Shown here piece by piece: positions 61,187 to 64,000 of a DNA stretch of 64,000 bases. A program made the position numbers and the translations under genes. Numbering within the stretch: position 1 is the first letter of the stretch; every line of letters begins with the position of its first letter. The stretch is from assembly GCA_010093995.1 (NCBI GenBank), contig ML992514.1, positions 159,437 to 223,436 of the forward strand, read 5' to 3'. This stretch comes from Elsinoe ampelina (taxonomy: Eukaryota). The notes beneath the pieces were generated by a model. The model had not been told where the DNA came from. It did no database searches and was given only the letters and a program-made list of their open reading frames with translations.

Positions 61187-63490
61187 TCACGCCTTCCCAT
61201 CCAGTCCCCTCGCCCCCTTCCCCAGCACTAGTTCCTCCATGACACCCTCCTTGAGATGCCCCCTCTTCTGCGCCCGATGCAACAACTCGATCAACTTCCT
61301 GATCCTCAAATCTTTCGAGTTCCTCTTCCCCCCGGGCTGTCCATCGTCAGGCGCATGCGTCTGGCCCCCGCGGATGGCCATTTGCACGCGGTCGGGCCCG
61401 TAGTCTTGGAGTTCGCGGATCCAGCGGTCGTTCACCCAGCGGCCTTTGGGGTAGGAGTCGTATGCGAGGAAGCTGGTGAGGGTTTGGCGGAGGAAGAGGG
61501 GGGAGGTGGGGGGGATGCGGCGGGGTGAGGTGGGGGGAGAGGGGAGGGTTGGGTGGGAGGGCGAGAAGAGCGGAGAGGAAGAGGAGGAGGAGGAGGAGGG
61601 GGAGGAGGAGGAGGAGGAGGAGGAGGAGGAAGAGGGAGGGGGGCAGGTGCTGTACAGGCGTCGCAGGCTGGGGAGGGTGATGGTTGAGAATGGCCGCGTC
61701 AGGTATGGGCTCTTCGAGAGAGGGGAGCCGGTGGTCGGGGGAGCTGGACGAGAGGAGTGGGACGATGAGGCGGGTTCATCGGTGAAAGCTCTTGCCTCTT
61801 CTTCGGAAAGGCACTGGTCCAGCAAGGCGTCTGTTTGCGCTTTAATGTGGTCATAGGAGTGACGCTGCTCGGGCGCTTCCTTCGTGGTCTCTGAGACCTG
61901 GCGTTGGTTTGTCGGCTTTGCTGAAGCAGCGTCTTCTTCCTTAACAGATCTTCCAGGCTTCAAGTAGGACGGCGACCGGAGAACGCCGTATGCTTGATTC
62001 GCGTACGCAAGTGATGTCCGCTGGAGTGGCTCAGTCACTTCTTGCCATGGTTCATTGGCATCTGTGGTACGCCTTGACAACTTGACAACCTCGCAGAACA
62101 TCACTTTGTGGTCTCCAATCTTGACGGACTTGCCCTGTATCAGCCGACATCTGAGATGTGCCAGTACACCTGGAGAGTCGATATACACAGCACCTTCGGG
62201 GTCAATATCGATTCTGGTATGTTCGAGGCTATCCACTTTCCGGAAGGGTTCGAGCAGGCTCATGCCCTTGTGAGCCGCAAATGGCTTCGCAATCTGCACG
62301 CCCGCGGCGTTGGCACCGAGTAGATGCACGTCACAGTATCCGACCTGGTCGATCTTCTGAGCTGTTCGACTGTCGGCAAGCAAATTGAATGACACGACTG
62401 GGGCAGGTCGAACAGCAACGCTTGCCAGTGAAGACACCGTGGATCCTCGACAACCCAAGAAGCGCTCCTCGGACGTGGATGCTTCATTTGGTAGTCGTGT
62501 CGTGAGCACTGCCACGGGGTTGACGACCGAGCGCATGACATGACGAAAAGAAGCCTCGACAGTCGAGTCTTGAAGCTCTACGTTGGTGGTCTTGGGGCCA
62601 AGTGACTTCCATGTACCACCAATTTGCAATTTCTGGATCCTGTTGACCATGTTCTCTACCTGCTTCGGATCGCCTGTGATTCGTAGCGGTAGCATCGGAG
62701 GCCTCCCATTCACTACGAGCCGCGTGACACTCCTCGGGGCTTGCGCGCTTTTCCGACTAATAAGCCCTGCCGCAGACGAGATTGCTGCTTCTTCCATAGG
62801 AAAAAGCATGGCAATCTCCCGTGGTACATCGACCGTCGTGGTCACCTCCACGACCTTGTAGTCCTTCAAAGCTGCTTGATGTGATCCAGTGCTCCAATTG
62901 TTCAACCCTGCAACGTGGTCATGCAAAAGGCTTCCGCTTCGCAATCCAGCCGTGGCTTTCCGAGTCACTTCCACACTCGGTGCATCAGCGTTTCCATCTG
63001 GACGATCTCCGTCAGCTACTCGTGTGGTATGCCTTTTCTCAGCCACACCATCTGCACCCAGGCTGCGAGACAAGGACTGCATGGCGACTCTGACATCGCC
63101 AGCGCTGCCAGACAAGTACAAGACTGTGCCAGAGTCACATGGAGAGCCCAACTCGATGTCGCACCCTGTCAAAACCTGCAGCTCTTTCAACGTCTGGTGG
63201 TCTTTCAGTTGTTGAAGCTGATCTGTGGACAAGCTGACTTTTGCGGTAGTGGTTGGCTGAGATCCCGCCTTGGGATTCTGGTTCGTGTCGACACTCGAGC
63301 CATTGTCAGGCAGTGTTCTCGCGGTGAGATTACTTCTCGCGTTCCTGCGAGTTGTCGAGGACAAATGTCGTGATAGCGTCCGAGCATGGCAGGTCTGCCG
63401 CGGGAGACTGGTGTGGGAAAGTAGCGAATATTCGAATAAGGCGCAGAAGAACCTGGTTGAGGCGCGCCCTCCCCCTGGTAAGTCAAGCAT
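61187..63490 (-). CDS. Flavin-reductase-like domain protein, probably mitochondrial
   Basis: FRHVMRSVVNPVAVLTT, GSTVSSLASV, VVSFNL, VHLL and GDHKVMFCEV form the Flavin_Reduct pattern. Arg/Ser-rich N-terminus. Start codon uncertain. Confidence 0.75.
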   Translation of the reverse strand: MLDLPGGGRASTRFFCALFEYSLLSHTSLPRQTCHARTLSRHLSSTTRRNARSNLTARTLPDNGSSVDTNQNPKAGSQPTTTAKVSLSTDQLQQLKDHQTLKELQVLTGCDIELGSPCDSGTVLYLSGSAGDVRVAMQSLSRSLGADGVAEKRHTTRVADGDRPDGNADAPSVEVTRKATAGLRSGSLLHDHVAGLNNWSTGSHQAALKDYKVVEVTTTVDVPREIAMLFPMEEAAISSAAGLISRKSAQAPRSVTRLVVNGRPPMLPLRITGDPKQVENMVNRIQKLQIGGTWKSLGPKTTNVELQDSTVEASFRHVMRSVVNPVAVLTTRLPNEASTSEERFLGCRGSTVSSLASVAVRPAPVVSFNLLADSRTAQKIDQVGYCDVHLLGANAAGVQIAKPFAAHKGMSLLEPFRKVDSLEHTRIDIDPEGAVYIDSPGVLAHLRCRLIQGKSVKIGDHKVMFCEVVKLSRRTTDANEPWQEVTEPLQRTSLAYANQAYGVLRSPSYLKPGRSVKEEDAASAKPTNQRQVSETTKEAPEQRHSYDHIKAQTDALLDQCLSEEEARAFTDEPASSSHSSRPAPPTTGSPLSKSPYLTRPFSTITLPSLRRLYSTCPPPSSSSSSSSSSSPSSSSSSSSPLFSPSHPTLPSPPTSPRRIPPTSPLFLRQTLTSFLAYDSYPKGRWVNDRWIRELQDYGPDRVQMAIRGGQTHAPDDGQPGGKRNSKDLRIRKLIELLHRAQKRGHLKEGVMEELVLGKGARGLDGKA
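61572..61641 (+). repeat. (GAG)n trinucleotide tract encoding poly-Ser on the minus strand
   Basis: About 20 near-perfect GAG/GAA units, read directly from the sequence. Confidence 0.9.
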
Positions 63491-64000
63491 TTGTTGCAAT
63501 AATCAGCCTGCAAAGACACGAGGAATGGCATCCTCGAGACTGAATTTCTTCATGACTCGCCAAATGCTGATACATGACTCGCTCATTGCCCTTCTCTTGG
63601 ATATTGAAAGCTTCCTTGAACCGATGACATCCGACTTTGTGCAACCACCCCACCACGAACACCATTCACGACGATCTGTTCTTGCGCCATCACTTGAAAT
63701 CTGATTCGACGGAAAGATAGCACTGCTCCGCGGCAGCAATGACACGATCAAGGTGGGCTGTGTACCAGGCTTCCTATGCGCCCACATTCCCAGGCCTACA
63801 CAAAGGCAACCCTGATCGGTCTGGCTTGTACATCGGTTAACGCTGTGGAATGAAGCACTTCATACAGGCCCGTCGCAATGTCGTACATGTGCCGGTCCTT
63901 GCACTGCCACTTGATCGCACTGCAAACCGATCTACATCAGGTAAGGCGTGCCAGCGCAACAAGGCAAATTTGTTGTCAAGGACTTCAGACTGGGATGATC

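Overview
Gene-dense eukaryotic DNA from a filamentous ascomycete (Pezizomycotina, plausibly a Dothideomycete). The evidence is ~45-60 nt spliceosomal introns with GTRMGT donors, CTRAY branch sites and YAG acceptors, plus fungal-type proteins. About 28 protein genes can be assembled by hand: the DHN-melanin 3HN reductase, Hrt3-like F-box protein, Mtm1-like carrier, GH17 glucanase, PIMT, Nop9, a GAD-like decarboxylase, Smc6, ClpP, Ecd/SGT1, Tsr4, eIF3k, Pcp1, a carboxylesterase, a Wsc1-like sensor, an MDR oxidoreductase with a frameshift, Tip20, Asf1, Sro7, Med11, Taf5 and several hypotheticals. No rRNA, tRNA, CRISPR array or intact transposon was recognised. Four signals are not explained by the gene list. 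(1) About 14-16 discrete 0.6-1.5 kb domains flip abruptly from extremely C-rich to extremely G-rich around a CpG-rich centre, independently of gene boundaries, and visibly remodel the encoded proteins. (2) The long eIF3k intron holds a probable box C/D snoRNA with an 11-nt guide to 18S rRNA. (3) A spliced transcription unit appears to encode an 18-aa micropeptide. (4) A gene-free ~2.3 kb island has 20 copies of GGTAGT/ACTACC, many as hairpins, plus intron-like signals. All gene calls rest on motif recognition by eye, not on database searches.
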